From the NCBI GenBank assembly GCA_965287045.1, contig OZ336901.1, positions 20,894,001 through 20,958,000 of the forward strand: DNA of 64,000 bases. Direction: 5' to 3'. Positions 38,167 to 52,714 of this stretch are shown here, one piece after another. The notes beneath the pieces are model-generated. The model worked only from the letters and a program-made list of their open reading frames with translations. It did no database searches and was not told the origin of the DNA. Within the stretch, counting starts at the first letter, position 1. Each line of letters begins with the position of its first letter. This DNA is from Carcharhinus amblyrhynchos. Lineage: Eukaryota. The translations under genes were made by a program, and so were the position numbers.

Positions 38167-39187
38167 TTAATATTATAATACTCATTAATTAGAAAAAGAT
38201 TAAAATAATGAATTTTCAAAAGTTAATGAATATCAGAATATTCCTGCTAAAACACATTATTTTAAGAGTGCAATGGTGACATTTGTTGTTGTATTAATGC
38301 ATTGAAGCAGGAATTCATATGTATCAATTAAATCATTGGCTGATTATTTAATTACAGAAGAAAATTAGCATTAAAAAGTTGATCTTACAGACAGTTTTCA
38401 AGGCCCACATTCCCAAGCATTATTTTGCTCAAGGGAATGGCTTGCTGATTATTCTATTATGTACTGAGTTCTATTTTTGAAGAGTTCCTCATTTCAAACA
38501 TTGCTACCTTGGATGGGTGTCGAGGCAAAGCATTTCCTTAAAGGAAGGTGAAAATAAATCAAAATGATAAGATTATCAACCCTTTAACTGCAGTGGGGAC
38601 CTTTATATTTGTTCTTTGAGATGCTGGGATAGCCGCATCTTATAAATAGGATATCCTGTTTGATTTTCTCTGGATAGCAAAGGGAGAGGGAATAACACTG
38701 AGTACAGCCCTGATGTATTTCACTGCCTGGCTATATCTGTACTGAGGCTCTTGGAGCAGCGCATCTGTATGAATTACTGTGCTGTCACAATTCATGACGC
38801 TCCATTTATACGAGTGAGCAGACAACAGTTTAAATCTAATAAGCAGAGGTGATAGTTTGATGGTTGAAATTGAGTTCGCAGTATCCCACCATTTATAATA
38901 GCTAAAATATTGAACTAAATAGAAATCATTTTTATGTTTCAATGAAGGAAGTATAAAAGAATCTCAAACCATCCTCTCACTGCCCTCAAGCTGGAATATT
39001 TGCCTTTTTACAGGCTTGAGAAGGAATGTGGGACATGGGAGCATGACATTTAGCCTCAAGTTGTCCTTAGGTTAATGAGGGAAAAATCAACTCAGATTCA
39101 TGCTCCAAATAACTTTCTAGGCATGCCAGCTGGGAGTGTATGTGGTTTGATATTGAGTGAAGGTGGAAACAGGATCGGGTGTAACTA

Positions 39188-39460
39188 TAGAATACCTACT
39201 GTGCAGATGAGGTCATTCGGCCCATCGAGTCTGCACCGACTCTCACAGAGTGTCCTATCCAGGCCATCTTCCCCATCTTATCCCTGTAACCCTGCACATT
39301 TAGCATGACCAATCCCCCTAACCTGCACATCTTTGGACTGTGGGAGGAAACTGGAGAACCCATGCAGACATGGAGAGGAAGTACAAATTCCACACCGTCT
39401 GACAAGGCTGCAATTGAACACGAGTTCCTAAAGTTGCAGTGCTAACAACTGTGCTACCAT
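39188..39460 (-). mobile_element. HE1 SINE
   Basis: cattcggcccatcgagtctgcaccgac...aacctgcacatctttggactgtgggagg. Confidence 0.85.
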
Positions 39461-42397
39461 GTGAACATACGAATTTTTAATCAAGTCATATGAACATTTT
39501 TGGATGTTCCTAAAGTTCAGTAAACCATTAATAACTAGATGAATGTTATACAATTGTCTTCAAAATGTAGCCACCTCAGTACAAAGAGAATGGTGGCAAT
39601 ACAAAGTTTCTGGTAACAAACGTATCTGTATCAGTCGTTTGTGTCCTTGAGGATGAAACTTAATAACTGAAAGCATTTAAGTTATGGGTCGATAACATAC
39701 GTGCCCTCCTGTCTCTAACTATTTTATTCCTATGCATTGATGTGAAGTTAACTCCTGGTTTTGCTATTCACCAGGTGTTTGATATGTTGAAAACTGATGT
39801 GCTTTCTTTCCACTACTGTGATGTATATAGAACACAAAGACAAGATAGAATTAAATTCTGCCTTTTCTGCTACAAAGTCTATTATCTTGTGCAGCTGACT
39901 TTGGTTTAGTAGCCTCATGATGTTCAGCTGCAAGCTTTATGTTGGTGACGACCATGATGTGGTTCTAAGATTCTTGCCTCTGTTCACAGTTGAACCAGTT
40001 TTGGATGCAGTGCTGTACCTTTTCCTTTGCTGCTCTTCTGCAAAAGCAAGCAAGCGGTGCTTTTGAGCTGTAAGGTTTTAATAAAATTTCCAGTCCTTTA
40101 ACATTTTTGACCTTCTGTGGGGGAGTGCCTGATCTCTATTTGTCAGACCACAATTTGGTAGTAATTGATTCTTGAGATATGAGTGGTTTGCATTCGAGCT
40201 TGTTACTTGCATTTTAGGGTAGAGACAGTTCTACATTTTTTGTCTAAGAAGTAGGGGAAAGATTTTTAGAGTTTTTTTAGAAGTATGTTCAAGGCTGAGT
40301 TAGATTTTTAACCAGTAAGGGGATCAAAGATTATGGGTGTAAAACAGGAGGAAATTGGATTGGAGGATTATATCAGATCAACCATGGTCTCATTGAATGG
40401 TGAGCAGACCCGATGGACTGAATAACCCTCTACTGTTTCTAGGTCTTGTGGTCTCAATCATCTTACAAGGTTTTTGCAGATGTATTATCTTGATGTGAAT
40501 AACAAAAAGTAGTGAACGTATTGCAGCATCTTTGTTCCTGAGGGGCAATTGATGTGTTTTTCATAACTTTGCCTAAAAAAGCTACCTGCAAGTCTTTACC
40601 TCTCAACTGCAAATAAATAACTTTCTTTTAAACATTGTCCATAAACTAAATATCCATAGCTCGTATACAATTAATGAGCATAGTGTGTAGTCACTGTTAT
40701 GCAGCTGAACACTGCAGCCATTTTGTGCACAGCAAGGTCTTGTGCAGAAATTAAATTAATCAGTGGTCTAATTATTTTGGTTGATGGAGGAGGAAGCTTA
40801 GATGAGGCTTGGTTTCATTTTTATCTTGAAGGACGATCTCTGACAGTGCAACAGTCTGTTGGTGGTCCACTGAAGTGTTTATCTGGATTATGTGATCAAA
40901 TCGTGGATTGAGATATGAACAACTTCCTGAGTTAGAAGTGTGAGTACTACCAGCTGAGCCACTTTGAAGTGTAGTTAGGTGCCCTCAAGGCACAATCCTT
41001 CCAATATCCACTGGATGGAAGTGAATTCATGGATCTAGTTGGAATGTGACAGTTTTTTTCCAACATTCCCAATATCGTTTCTATTTTGTACCAGGATTTC
41101 TGCATACTTATTCATTTAATTGCATGGCAAGGTGATTTCCATTTCTTTGGTCAGTTTAATTCTGCCATGTCCATTCATGTATGAAAATGCAAAAACAGTG
41201 AAATTCCATGTGGCAGAAAATTAATGGAGAACCTGGACTTAAAACAGAGGGACGTTTAGAGAGAGTACTTTCTGTTTGAAGTTAATGGAAAATTTGTAGT
41301 TATTGGTGATGGGCTTCCAAGATGGTCCTAACTGTCAGTTCTATGAAAAAGTTGTTCCAGGCGCATGCAATTTCTCTTTTTAACTGATGGCTTAAAAGAA
41401 GGGGACTGAAAATGACTAGTCCCCATAAAGCAGCAAAATTAACATTGTTTCTCTTAAAGATTTTTGTATGAGTGCTTTTCCCACCAGAGATTCATCTACT
41501 GAAAAATAAGTTGAATTCTGTACTGTGCTGTTCCGTGTTCTATTACTGTTTTATTGTTGCAGCCTGATCTTTTATTTTAATAGCATGTGCGAGCTGGGAA
41601 GGTTGAGTGGACAGGCGCTTTAGAATTTGAGCACAGGTACAAAGAACAAAAAATTACAGCACAGGAACACACCCTTCGGCCCTCCAAGCCTGCACCGACC
41701 ATTCTGTCTGGCCGAACTAAAGTCAGTATAGAGTGACAATCCACTACTGATTGCCATTCTGAGGAAGTTATGGCAATATTTCCTTTGAAAGTGCAGTCAG
41801 TTTTTTCTGCCCTGAGTTGTATATGTCAACAGAAATTATTTTTGCCGCTAATTATCTATACTTCTAATGTAGCTCATTATTGGTTCTTCAATAAGGCTTT
41901 CAAATTTCTCCCTTTTATTTTTCTTAAGAAAGCAATTAATTTACTGGTGAGAACACGGCCTCTATCTTCCACACTCAAATAATGATGTGCAGTTACTAGT
42001 CATATCTCTATTGGAGTAGAGTTTGAGAGACGAATGTCTCTCTCAAGAATTATTAATATCCAAAGAACTGCATCATAGAAGAACTGATTTCAGGAAACGG
42101 GAATTGAGAAAAGAAATTGAAGGAAGGATAATCGTTTGTTGAGAACCATGTGTAAACATAATGAGGTGGATAAAAATTAAATGCATTTACGGTTGTAATT
42201 AACATGTTGGAGGGAAGGGAAAAGAATGCTTTAATCGGTCACTGGAACCAGTTTTAATTTTACAGGCTGAAGATCATGCAACAATGCAGTAATATGATCA
42301 ACATGATGACCTTTCGTTTAGCTGCCTTAGCAAGTTTGGGTCAATTATTGTTGCCTAGGCAATAAGAGTTGAGGGTTAAAAGCAAGTGGTTCATGTA

Positions 42398-42690
42398 AAC
42401 AACAACATATTTTCATATAGTACCTTTAAAATAATACAGCATCCCAAGGCAATTCACAGGGGTATTACAAAGATATGGCAACAAATCACTTGAGGTGTTA
42501 CTTAGAGCAGATGACCAAAAACTTGACCAAGTTGTTGGATTTTAAGAATTGTCTTAAAGGGAGAAGAAGTGGAGAGGTAGAGATGTTTGAAAGGGAATTC
42601 CAGAACTTAGGACCCCCACAGCTGAAGGCATTGCCACCAATGAATAATATTGAGGATGCTGAAGAGGCCAGAATTAGGGGAGCTGAATTT
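42398..42690 (-). mobile_element. L2-like LINE 3' fragment (another copy at about 7072-7280 and 7940-8108)
   Basis: aacaac...atatagtacctttaa...atcccaaggc...cagatgaccaaaaacttg...agggaattccagaacttagg is shared with 7072-7280. Confidence 0.6.
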
Positions 42691-43343
42691 AAGTTTTTTG
42701 GTGTTTCCAGCTGAGTTTATACTTCATGGAAATGGTAAAATCAAGACTTTATGGTTTAATAGTAGATCTTATCCTTTGAAAATTAAGGTGCATTTGGAGA
42801 ATGCATTTGGATCTATATAATGCCAAGGTGTTGCAGTGATGGAAATGATTTGAGAAAGTAACATGAACATCCTACAAGAATCATATCTGTGCATCAAAAC
42901 CTTTAAATTGTGCTATATTCCCAAAGTTCATGTGAACCAAATATACTGAATGAAAATGCTGCTGTATAATTATTAAGAAATCACAATTTAAATTATTTAA
43001 ATGGCTTCTGACAATTCTTGGAAAATCTTGCATACCTGGAGAAACCTCAGCAAGTCAGGAGGATATTATTGTACTTATGAATCCAGATTTGTACTTCATT
43101 CTAGTTTCTCTTTAGCTGCTTCTCTGTTGTTACTCTGAATAGTTCGCTCTCACCTCCAGGCAGCTGTTTATAGCTCCGCTATCACTTAGAGCTTTTCCAC
43201 ATTCTGCCTGATTTATTTGAAGTGTTGCCTGTTTTGTAAACTTGAGTGTTTACAATCCAGAAGTTTTGTTTCTAAGAAATGGTTTCCTGCTTTTCTTTTT
43301 TAGTGCTGCATAGATGTTTATATTTGGCTACAGATTAGGGATA

Positions 43344-43520
43344 GAGGCGATGGCCTAGTGGTATTATCGCTTGACTACTAATCCTGAAACTCAGCTAATG
43401 TTCTGAGGACCCGGGTTCGAATTCCAACACAGCAGATGGTGGAATTAGAATTTAATAAAAAGTAACTAGAATTAAGAATGATGACCATGAAACCATTGTC
43501 AATTGTCAGAAAAACCCATG
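43344..43520 (+). mobile_element. Second-family SINE 5' part with well-preserved Pol III A and B boxes
   Basis: TGGCCTAGTGG (43351-43361) and GGTTCGAATTCC (43414-43425). Confidence 0.75.
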
Positions 43521-45014
43521 GCTAGAAAATAATTGAAGTCAGGTGGAGATTCGGGAGAGGCGCAGTGCATTTTTGGGGCACTTCAATGTGAATGACACAA
43601 AGCTAGTTTAGTCAGTCTGTTGATAAGTCAGATTAGTGTCGGAGTAGGTATAATTTTGGCAGGGTTGTGATTCATGTGCAGAGCTCTCCAAAGTCATCAC
43701 AATTTTCACCCTTTTGAGGAGTTGAATTTTGTCCTTACGCAGTTGATTCAAAGCTGCTGAATTGATGGGAATGGCAAAGGCAAAGGCTGAACTTGAAGTT
43801 GGCAGACAGCAAGGGCCGATAATGTTGCAGGTAATATTTTCCAGAAAATTCCAACAGCTACATTGGTACCGAGCTTTTTCTTTGCATGAAGATGTTTGGA
43901 AGCACTTAACATTAGGACGAAACAGTGGGTAATAAGAGAAAAGGTAAAAGGGAAAAATAGTTGAGATTGGAGTGGGGGAAGGAGAAGGGTTTTGATGAAG
44001 ATTTTAAAAATGAGGGAGATGGCAAGATGGAAGGAACTGGACAGAATTCCAGAGAGGATGGGAGCGTAGAGCTGAATGACTGCCTACCAATGTGACTGCC
44101 AAGGGACAAGAGGAAGGGAACAGTTTTTGTGGGGGAAGAGGCAAAGGGAGAAATTTAGGGCAGGCCACTGCCACTCATGTTGCATTCAGGGTGGTAGTTT
44201 TTGAGAATGAAAATCCTCCATATTTAAAGTATCTGTCCAGATTAGGAGCTAGAATCTTGAGTGGTGCTTGAACCCAAGACCTTCTGCCCTGAAGATGACC
44301 ACAGAGTTGCAACTGAATTCCAAATGACTAAAATATTTTGGTTAACATAAGAATGCAGGTTTTGTTCTCCTCCTATTTGACTTGGTTCTGATCCAAATAG
44401 CATTGTTTGGTATGGAAGAGAAACCTGGTTAAGTTTGGAAAAAGTGTCATAGTCGAACCACTCTTTCTCTCTTCATAGATGCTGCCAAACTTGCTCAGTA
44501 TTTCCAGAATTTTGTTTTGTTTTCATACCTGGTTAAGTAGGATTTCTGGAGTGCTTGTATGTCTGTTGTGGCTGCCTGATAAAAATAACAGTTTTCTTAC
44601 TGAGGGCATTTTGCTTCCGGATCAGTATTTAGTGATGGTAATTCTACATGAACTGTCCTGTGCATCCTCAACAAACTCAATTCTAGACAGACGTTGTGAA
44701 GGAGAGGTGATGCAAGTGATCATTAACGTGGGTTCTTTCATTTCAATTTGGAGGGACAATAAGTAAAGAAAATCTGCTCAATTTGGGGCTGGGGGTGGAA
44801 TTGTGCAGGCACTAACTTAAGTAATATAAGTGTGTAGGTTGATATGTGTCACAATGCATGAGTGATATCAATCTGTAATTTCGCTGGCTGATCAAACATA
44901 TATTGAACTGGGAATTGCAGTTATGAATGGACTTCAACTTCTGAAACTTCAAGATTAGCATGGAGAAAAATCTGCTGCAGCCAAGGACTCATAAACAATG
45001 AATTTCCATTTAGT

Positions 45015-45390
45015 TTTACTATTCAAAATAATGAGGAGATTGAACAGAGTAGATGGATAAAAACCGTTTCTGCTCCTAAAAGGATCAAGACCGAGAGGGC
45101 ACAATTTTAAAATGATATGCAAAAGAAGCAAAGGTAATGTGAGAAAATTTTTTTTTCTCACAGTGAGTAGTTCAGGTCTGGAATGCACTGTGTGGAAATG
45201 TGGTGGAGGCAGGTTCAGTTGAGGAATTCAAGGGGCATTAGTTGACTATTTGAATAGAAATAATGTGCAAGGGTATGGGGAAAAGGCAGGAGAATGGCAC
45301 TTGGCCATAATGCTGATTTGGAGAGTTGGTGCAGACACAATAGCCTGAATGGCCTCCTCCTGTGCCGTAACAATTCCGAGATTCTGATTC
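45015..45390 (+). mobile_element. LINE 3' fragment with HE1-like tail (HER1-like CR1)
   Basis: CR1-type C-terminal remnant ending ggtgcagacac...gaatggcctcctcctgtgccgtaacaattccgagattctgattc, similar to the HE1 SINE tail in this window. Confidence 0.7.
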
Positions 45391-46254
45391 AGCATTGAAC
45401 TTTAAATTGGCTCAGAAAGTAACTACTTCCAGTAAACTTGTAAATGCTGCTTGCTTGTGTGTGCGTGAATGTGAGTTGTGAGGATCGAGACACAGGTTTA
45501 CCTTTTAGAATTTTTAGAATATCTTTTAGCTGCATGGGTTTCTAACTCAAGGGTCAACTCCTTTTTCTTTGTTTACTCAAGAAAGCCCACCAGATTTGTT
45601 TATTTACAATTAGCACACAAATAATTAAGCACTGACATTGAGTAAATACCTTCATCCTTCTAAATTCACAAAAAGTCCTGTTATGGTCAGACTCAGAGTG
45701 GTACACTAGGGACGTCATTTGTATCCCTTTTTCATTTGGCCATAACAAATGGAAGAAGATAATACACATGAAGCTAAAACAATAAATTATCTGATACGTA
45801 TTGCAAAGCCTTATCGCAGCCAGATTGCCAGACGTCTGCCAGAATTCAAAATTTTCTGGAAGTGTTTAAACTTGGTCATGTACCATACTTTCTTTGTACT
45901 GAATTTGAGAAAATACAGGAATTGTATAATTATGCAGAAAGGTCTGTGATGGTCATATGGACTTAACGTTAAATTTGTTTCCCTCCACAGATGCTGCCAG
46001 TCCTGCTGGGTTTTAACAGCATTTTCTATTTTTAGGCCTGGTAGGCTGGAGGGTAGGAGAGATTAAATGATAAATGGTTTCATGCTACTAAAGCCAAAGA
46101 GAATGATAGTGGGTATAATAAAGAAACAAAAAATGTGTCCAAATGCGGTGTGAATGGCTGCATAACAGCGGTTTGAATGCAACATGAAGGGTTGCTAAAT
46201 TTGCTGTTAACACAAAGATAGGTGGGAAGGTAAGCTATGAAGAGGGTTTACCCA

Positions 46255-47072
46255 AATCAAAGGGATATAGATACATGAAGTGAGTGGGCAAAGACCTGAC
46301 AAATGGAGTATAATGTGGGAAAATGTGAAATTTTCCATTTTGGCAAGAAGAATAAATGAAAAATCAGTATTTAAGTGATGAGAGCAGAGCTCTGAGATGC
46401 AGAGGGATCTGGGTGCCCGCATGCATGAATTGTAAAAGATTAGTGTGTAGGTACAATAAGTAATTAGGAAAGCCAAAGCAATGTTATCATTTATTGCAAG
46501 GGGAATTGAATGCAAGAGTAAGGAGGTTATGCTTCGGTTATATAGGACGTCTGGAGTACTTTGTACAGGATTGGTTTCCTTGTTTGAGGAAGTACGTAAA
46601 TTCAGTTTGAAGAAAGTTTATTAGATTAATACCTGGAATGGGCAGGTTGTCTTATGAGGAAAGGCTGGACAGGCTAGGCTAGTATCTGCTGGAATTCATA
46701 GTAAGCAATGTCTTGATTGAAGCATAAGATCCTGAAAGACTTGACAAGGTGGATGTGGAGATGATGCTTCCTTTTGTCGGAGAATCTAGAATTAGGGGTC
46801 AATGTTTAAAAATAAGGGGATGCTCATTTAAGAGTCTTGAGGGTTTCAGAGCCTTTGAATTCTCTTCCTCAAAAGGTGATGGAAGTAGAAACCTTGAATA
46901 CCTTTAAGACAGAGGTAGCTAGATTCTTGATAAGCAAGGAGGTGCAAGGTTATTGGGAGTAGGCAGGTTTGTGGAGATGAGGTTCAAATCAGTTCAGTCA
47001 TGATCACATTGAATGGCGGAGCAGGCATGAAGGGCTAAGTGACCTATGTTGTTCCTAACTTGTATATTCATG
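46255..47072 (+). mobile_element. Decayed CR1 3' fragment inserted into a Penelope relic
   Basis: gagtgggcaaagacctgacaaatggagtataatgtgggaaaatgtg (EWAK.WQMEYNVGKC) and a CR1 3' tail near 47000-47070. Confidence 0.85.
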
Positions 47073-47074
47073 TG

Positions 47075-47515
47075 GATGAAGCCAGAAATGAGACAACAAA
47101 GAGAACAAGATGGAAGCAGAGGTCGTGATCTACAATCGTTGATCTGCGTGGAATCCAGAAGAATGTGGAGTTGAAATATAAGGTGCTGTTCCTTGAAATT
47201 GCTTTGAATTTTACTGGGATACTACAGAAGGCCAAGGATGTAGGAGCAAGGTAGAGAATTGAAATAACAAGTGACCCAAAAGCCCAGGGTCATTCTTCTG
47301 GAATGAATGGAGGTGTTCTGCAGAAGTGGGCACCCAGTCTTGTGTTTAGTCTCTCGAGTGTAAGGGAGACCATATCGTGAGCAGCAAAAACAAATTGCAA
47401 GAAATACAAGTAAAATGGTGTTACGCTTGGGAGGACTGATTGGGGTTTTGGATGGTATGAAGGGAGGAGGCAAAAACGACAAGTGTTGAATCTCTGTACT
47501 TTCAAGGAAACATTT
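47075..47515 (-). mobile_element. Penelope-like relic with decayed GIY-YIG endonuclease
   Basis: ORF 47222-47533 ...FCCSRYGLPYTRETKH...VTCYFNSLPCS resembles the PLE motif YCIRCS.CGLLYIGETKR...VACHFNS. The element appears to continue at about 45945-46200 on the other side of the CR1. Confidence 0.7.
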
Positions 47516-49019
47516 CACTCTATACCCTTTCACCTTTATTTTAAAATCTGATTGGGGTGATGGAGATATATGTCATAAAGTTCCAGATGTTGACACTGTT
47601 AAACCCTAAATTTTGTCTACTCTTCTGATCGGTCAATCAGAATTTCACTAGGTTCTTCCGGTGTCATCCACCCAATTCAAAGTTATTTAACGAAGTTACC
47701 TGAAAGGAGAACAAATAGTAAGCACTCGAACCATAAAGGAAACTGAATAGATTAAATGAAAATTCTGTTATGTGGTCATGACGCACTCCAGTCCCCTGGT
47801 GCTTTGCTCAGGACACCTACAATCCCAGTAAGAATTAGTTTCAAAAACAAATACAATGTAGGGCAGCACTATTTGAGAAATTCCCTCGGGTGACATCAGG
47901 CTGAATATTGAGGGTGGGAGGGCTAGAGAATTTGAAGAACAAGGTAACATTTTTTTGAATATTTTGCTTTATACGTCATGTTATTGAGATAAATGTGGCC
48001 TACTGACACACTTATCTCCACATATATCATGGGGAAAATTATGTAATGCTAAACACTGGTTATTACAGATCTGTCATTGGTGGAAATGGGACTACTTGGG
48101 TGATGAATAAAGAACGTTTTGCAAGCCTTGACATTAGTGAATTGATTTTGTGGAAATAAGTACCATCATTTATATTGCATACGTCATCTCATCTGGTCCT
48201 CCAATAACACATTGGAGCCAATGATTTACTTGGTGACTGTATTCACTATTTTGGAAGCCAGCTTGGCAGCTAATTTGTTGTTCACAACAAGTATCGCCAA
48301 CTGATTGGATGATTGATCTGTTTTTATTGTTACAGAATAAATTTTGACCTGAAGATTCCAGCTCTTGTTTGAATAGTGTAATATACCACTCAAGTCTTGT
48401 GACAACAATGTCTTTTAATTCAATAGGTTGTAATTTCACAGAATAGGAGAAAAGCACAGGGACTTTGGACTCTCCTATAGTCTTTCTAAAGAGCCCATTG
48501 TACCGAATAGGGTGTATGTGTTGACTTGTGTGAGAATGCAGTTTGTAATGTTGCAGCCTGTCCCAGTGAAACCTGCTAATCTTGTAGCAGTTTCACTGAA
48601 GGCCCTCCCTTCTGCATGCATTTATTGGAATCTGGACTCAGTTTGAGCTAGTATTTCTCTTTCTTTCACATTCCCTTGAATGCTAACTATGTTTACATGC
48701 CCCAGATGTGAACTCCATCAGGGGTATGTGGGTAAGGCTAGTGCTTAAATGGGGAAAACAAGGCTTGTTCTCAATGATCTCCATATTTTTTTCCTTCAAA
48801 ATGGAGACCCAGGGGCATAAAGCAATAATAAAGCTTGTAGGATATCAACATCAAGGTACGAACTTTCCTCGGTCAAAAAAGGTCACAGTTGGTTGCCCCA
48901 TGTTGGGTAAAATTAATTTTCACCCCCTTTCTGTGCACCTCTCAAAAACTAGTTGTGTGAATTGATTATTTAGAAAACCTATTTTCTAACTTCAAAAATT
49001 ATCTTTATTTGCACCAGTT

Positions 49020-49258
49020 GGGCTAGCACAGTGGCATAGTGGTTGGCACTGCTGTCTCACAGCACCAGGGACTCAGGTTCCTGCGTGGGTTTCCTCCCAG
49101 TGCACCAGTTTCCTCCCACAATTCAAAAGACATGTTGGTTAGGGTGCATTGGGCATACTAAATTCTCGCTCAGTATCCTGAACAGGTGGTGCTGTGGCGA
49201 CTAGGGGATTTTTACAGTAACTTAATTGCAGTGTTAATGTAAGTCTACTTTTGACACA
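49020..49258 (+). mobile_element. Tail-B SINE with internal deletion
   Basis: Head jumps from ggttc to ctgcgtgggtttcc; tail gtggcgactaggggatttttacagtaac. Confidence 0.82.
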
Positions 49259-50013
49259 GTTTTTTTTTGATTATATAGTTTGTTGAATAGCTGTCCGAAT
49301 GTAGTTCAGATGGCATACTAACCCTCTGCCCTGAAGTTTCAGGAATGAAACTTTAATCATGAAAGTAGTGCTGCATTATTCATACTCGTTGAACACTTCA
49401 GATTATACATTAAAATATTGCAGATTTGAGAAGTGGGAGAGGAGAAAAGACTGATTGACAGGGTGAAACTGAAGGTCTCTTGATGAGATCTCCAGGAATA
49501 CATCCAATAGAATTGGTAATCTGAATGTCAGATACAATGTATGGAACAGTGAAAACTTGGTAACACTTACTTCTGATTCAGAAGAATGTGGGTTCAAGCA
49601 CAAAGTTATTGAATCTAGATTGGCAGTCTGGTATAGAGACAATGCAGTCAGATCTCTTTCAGATAAGGCATCGTTTATTTAACAGAGGGATGAGGAGATT
49701 TTTTTCCTGAGGTGTGAATGTCTTTGGAACTCTTTCTCAAAAGGCAGATTGCAGCAGCCTTTGAATATTTTTAAGGCAGTGCCCCATCAATCTCCTCATA
49801 GATCAACCCCGAGATCCAGGTGGCGAGCTGTTGGCTGTTTTGGGTATGCCCTATATGTTATAATGATGCACCTTGCGATGCTACTTTTTTTCTCCAGTCC
49901 TTTGCATCCTTTTCCTCTGTCAGTCAGGGAGAATGTAGTTTCCTGTCCTCTCCATGGCATTGCCTTTATCAGTCAGAGCCCACTTGCAAAACAATCAGCA
50001 CTCTCTTTTAGCT

Positions 50014-50605
50014 CATAAGACACAGGAGCAAAATTAGGCTACTCAGCCCATCAAGTCTGCTCTGCCATTCAATCATGGCTGATATTTTTCTCATCCTGAT
50101 TCCCCTGACTTTTCCCCATAACCCCGATCCCCCTATTAATCAAGAATGTTGATTAATCTTAAAGACGCTCAATGACCTGGTCTCCACAACCTCCTGTGGC
50201 AAAGAGTTTCACAGATTCACAACACTCTGGCTGAAGAAATTCCTCCTCATCTCTATTTTAAAGGATCATCCCTTCAGCCTGAGGTTGTGCCCTCTGGTTC
50301 TAGTTTTTCCTGCTAGTGGAAACATCTTCTCCACGTCCACTCTATCCAGGCCTCGCAGTATCCTGTAAGTTTCAATAAGATCCCCCCCCGTCCTTCTCAA
50401 CTCCAACAAGTGCAGACCCAGAATCCTCAACCGTTCCTCATACAGCAAGCTCTTCATTCCAGGGATCATTGTTGTGAACCTCCTCTCGACCCTTTACAAG
50501 GACAGCACATCCTTCCTTAGATATGGGGCCCAAAACTGCTCACAATACTGCAAATAGGGTCTGACCAGACCTTATTACAGCGTCAGAAGTACATCCCTGC
50601 TCTTG
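50014..50605 (-). mobile_element. CR1 3' fragment (different subfamily)
   Basis: ORF 50266-50469 YEERLRILGL...GDLIETYRILRGLDRVD...RTRGHNLRLKG; tail cataagacacaggagcaaaattaggc. Confidence 0.9.
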
Positions 50606-51626
50606 CAGTATAATTTGTTGCTTTTCACTTTACTGTTGGTTTATGTTGCATAGCTAAGCTGATGAATGCAAAGTAAAAAGCTTTGTTAGTATGTCTCTGT
50701 TTTTCCCTCTGCTACTCCAACATTGGTGGTGATGAGGGAAGTGAACAGCCAAGAGTGCACCTAATGATGGCTGAGATTGATTATCTTTACGTACTAGAGA
50801 TTGAAGCTGTGACCTTCCTGGTCTGTATTTTGTGTGTAGTATATTTACTAACTTAAATAAAAATGGGAACCTCGTTGAATATAATTTTTAATTGGAAGCT
50901 ATTTTGTTTCTCAATATCTGATTACTAGAACAGTCTCTGGCATGTATGATATAATTGGTGTGTGTTTATCTTGATGGCCTGCAGTGGAATTGGAAAATAA
51001 CACTGGCTGTCAGCAATATAAAATTGTGAGGTAACGCCATTCCTTTTTGCCTGAAAGAATGCAGAAGCAAGGTTAAAGTTCCAAACACAAAGCTCTCCTT
51101 GTCATCTGAAGCATTCATACTCCCACTTCCAGTTGGGACGTTGTTGCTTAAAACAAGACTGTTGCAATTTCTTGCGACTTTTCTGAAATTGTATATTTTC
51201 TGAGGGAGATAGTAGTAATGATTGGCACAGCTAAGTGGCAGCATGAGCAGCGCAAACTCTCGCAAACAATGAGAATCACTTCTTTCCCCTCATCTTTATA
51301 TAAATTTTAAAAACATACAGTAAAGCATTTGTGAATCTAGCGCTTGAATCAGGGTGTGTTAAAGCAATTGGATAGTGACTTTAACAGTAGGATTGTAACA
51401 AAACATTTTGTAATTTAATTGATGTTACATGTGAAGGTAGTGGTACATATTTTGTAGAAATGATAGAAGACTGTTGACCCCATTTTGTTCTCATTAATTT
51501 TATCCGCAATCAGAATCTGCAGAGACCTATTTCATCTGCTCCCTGCCTTGAGCGCTAAGTCTTGCACCCCTATGCTTGTCATTTTAACAAGCTTCTAATT
51601 TTCAACCTAACTATATGGAATGTGTG

Positions 51627-51948
51627 GGGCACAGTAGCACAGTGGTTAGCACTGGTGCCTACAGCGTCAGGGAACTGGTGTTCGATTACTGGCTTGGATC
51701 ACTGTCTTTGTGGAGTTTGCATGTTCTCCCTGTGTCTGCGTGGGTTTCCTCTGGGTGCTCCAGTTTCCTCCCACAGCCTAAAGGTGTGCAGGTTAGGTGG
51801 ATTGGTCATGCTAAATTGCCTCTTAGTGTCAGGGGAACTGGTTAGGTTAAATGCATGTGGTTACAAGGATAGGACCTGGGTGGGATTGTGGTCGGTGCAG
51901 ACTTGATGGGCTGAATGGCCTCCTTCTAGACTGTAGGGATTCTACGAA
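51627..51948 (+). mobile_element. HE1 SINE
   Basis: Complete head, core and tail ending tgtagggattctacga. Confidence 0.88.
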
Positions 51949-52714
51949 TAAAGAAGTGTTAGGGAATGGGCTCATCACTTGCTTTTGGAAGGGAAGGGGT
52001 GTACTGTGGGATTTTTCAGTGATTATAAAACATAATGATTTCATTGCTGGATAAATCTCTGCACAATTTATTATAAAAAATAAATACATCACTAATTGCT
52101 GTTTGTTCAACTGCCATACGTAAGTGAGATATTCCCATCCTCTTGTGAGAGCTGGGTAAGAATGAGAGTGAGCTATAGAGATTATCTGTAAGTATGATTG
52201 GGTGTTTTTGACCTTGACTGTCTAAAAGACCTTGTTCTAAGCCTTGTCTTTATTTTCTGCTGCTGACAGTAACTGTTCAAATTAGTGTTTATCGGATTGT
52301 GGCTCGGGATTTTTCTTGGTCATGATTTTTTTCCATTTCCATTTTGTACCGTGTCCTAACCATACTACAGCGTAATTTCTGAATTCAGCAGAAATAGTGT
52401 TTACATGCGGGTTTGTTTCATGTTTAGGGCACCGATATCAGCTGGTTGCATTTGATACAGAATTTTTTGCTCAATCTTTTATGTGAGAGTGCCAGTCAGT
52501 TCTGAAGCTGTTTTTATTCGAATCTGAATCATGCATACAGCACACCTACCTTTTAAAGTATTTTGCCTGAAGCATTGGCATTTAAATTTTAACAGTCAAC
52601 TGTTAATCATTTATGAATAAGCTAGCTCATCACACCCATCCACAGCAATTTTAAGAGCTGATCTCTGTTTATTGGGGCCACAGTAATGATGCATTTGAAT
52701 CTTGCATGGTATGT

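Noticed and set aside
43344-43430. tRNA gene
   Set aside because: A and B boxes are present, but there is no convincing cloverleaf and it continues into a repeated SINE body. The same applies to all HE1 heads.
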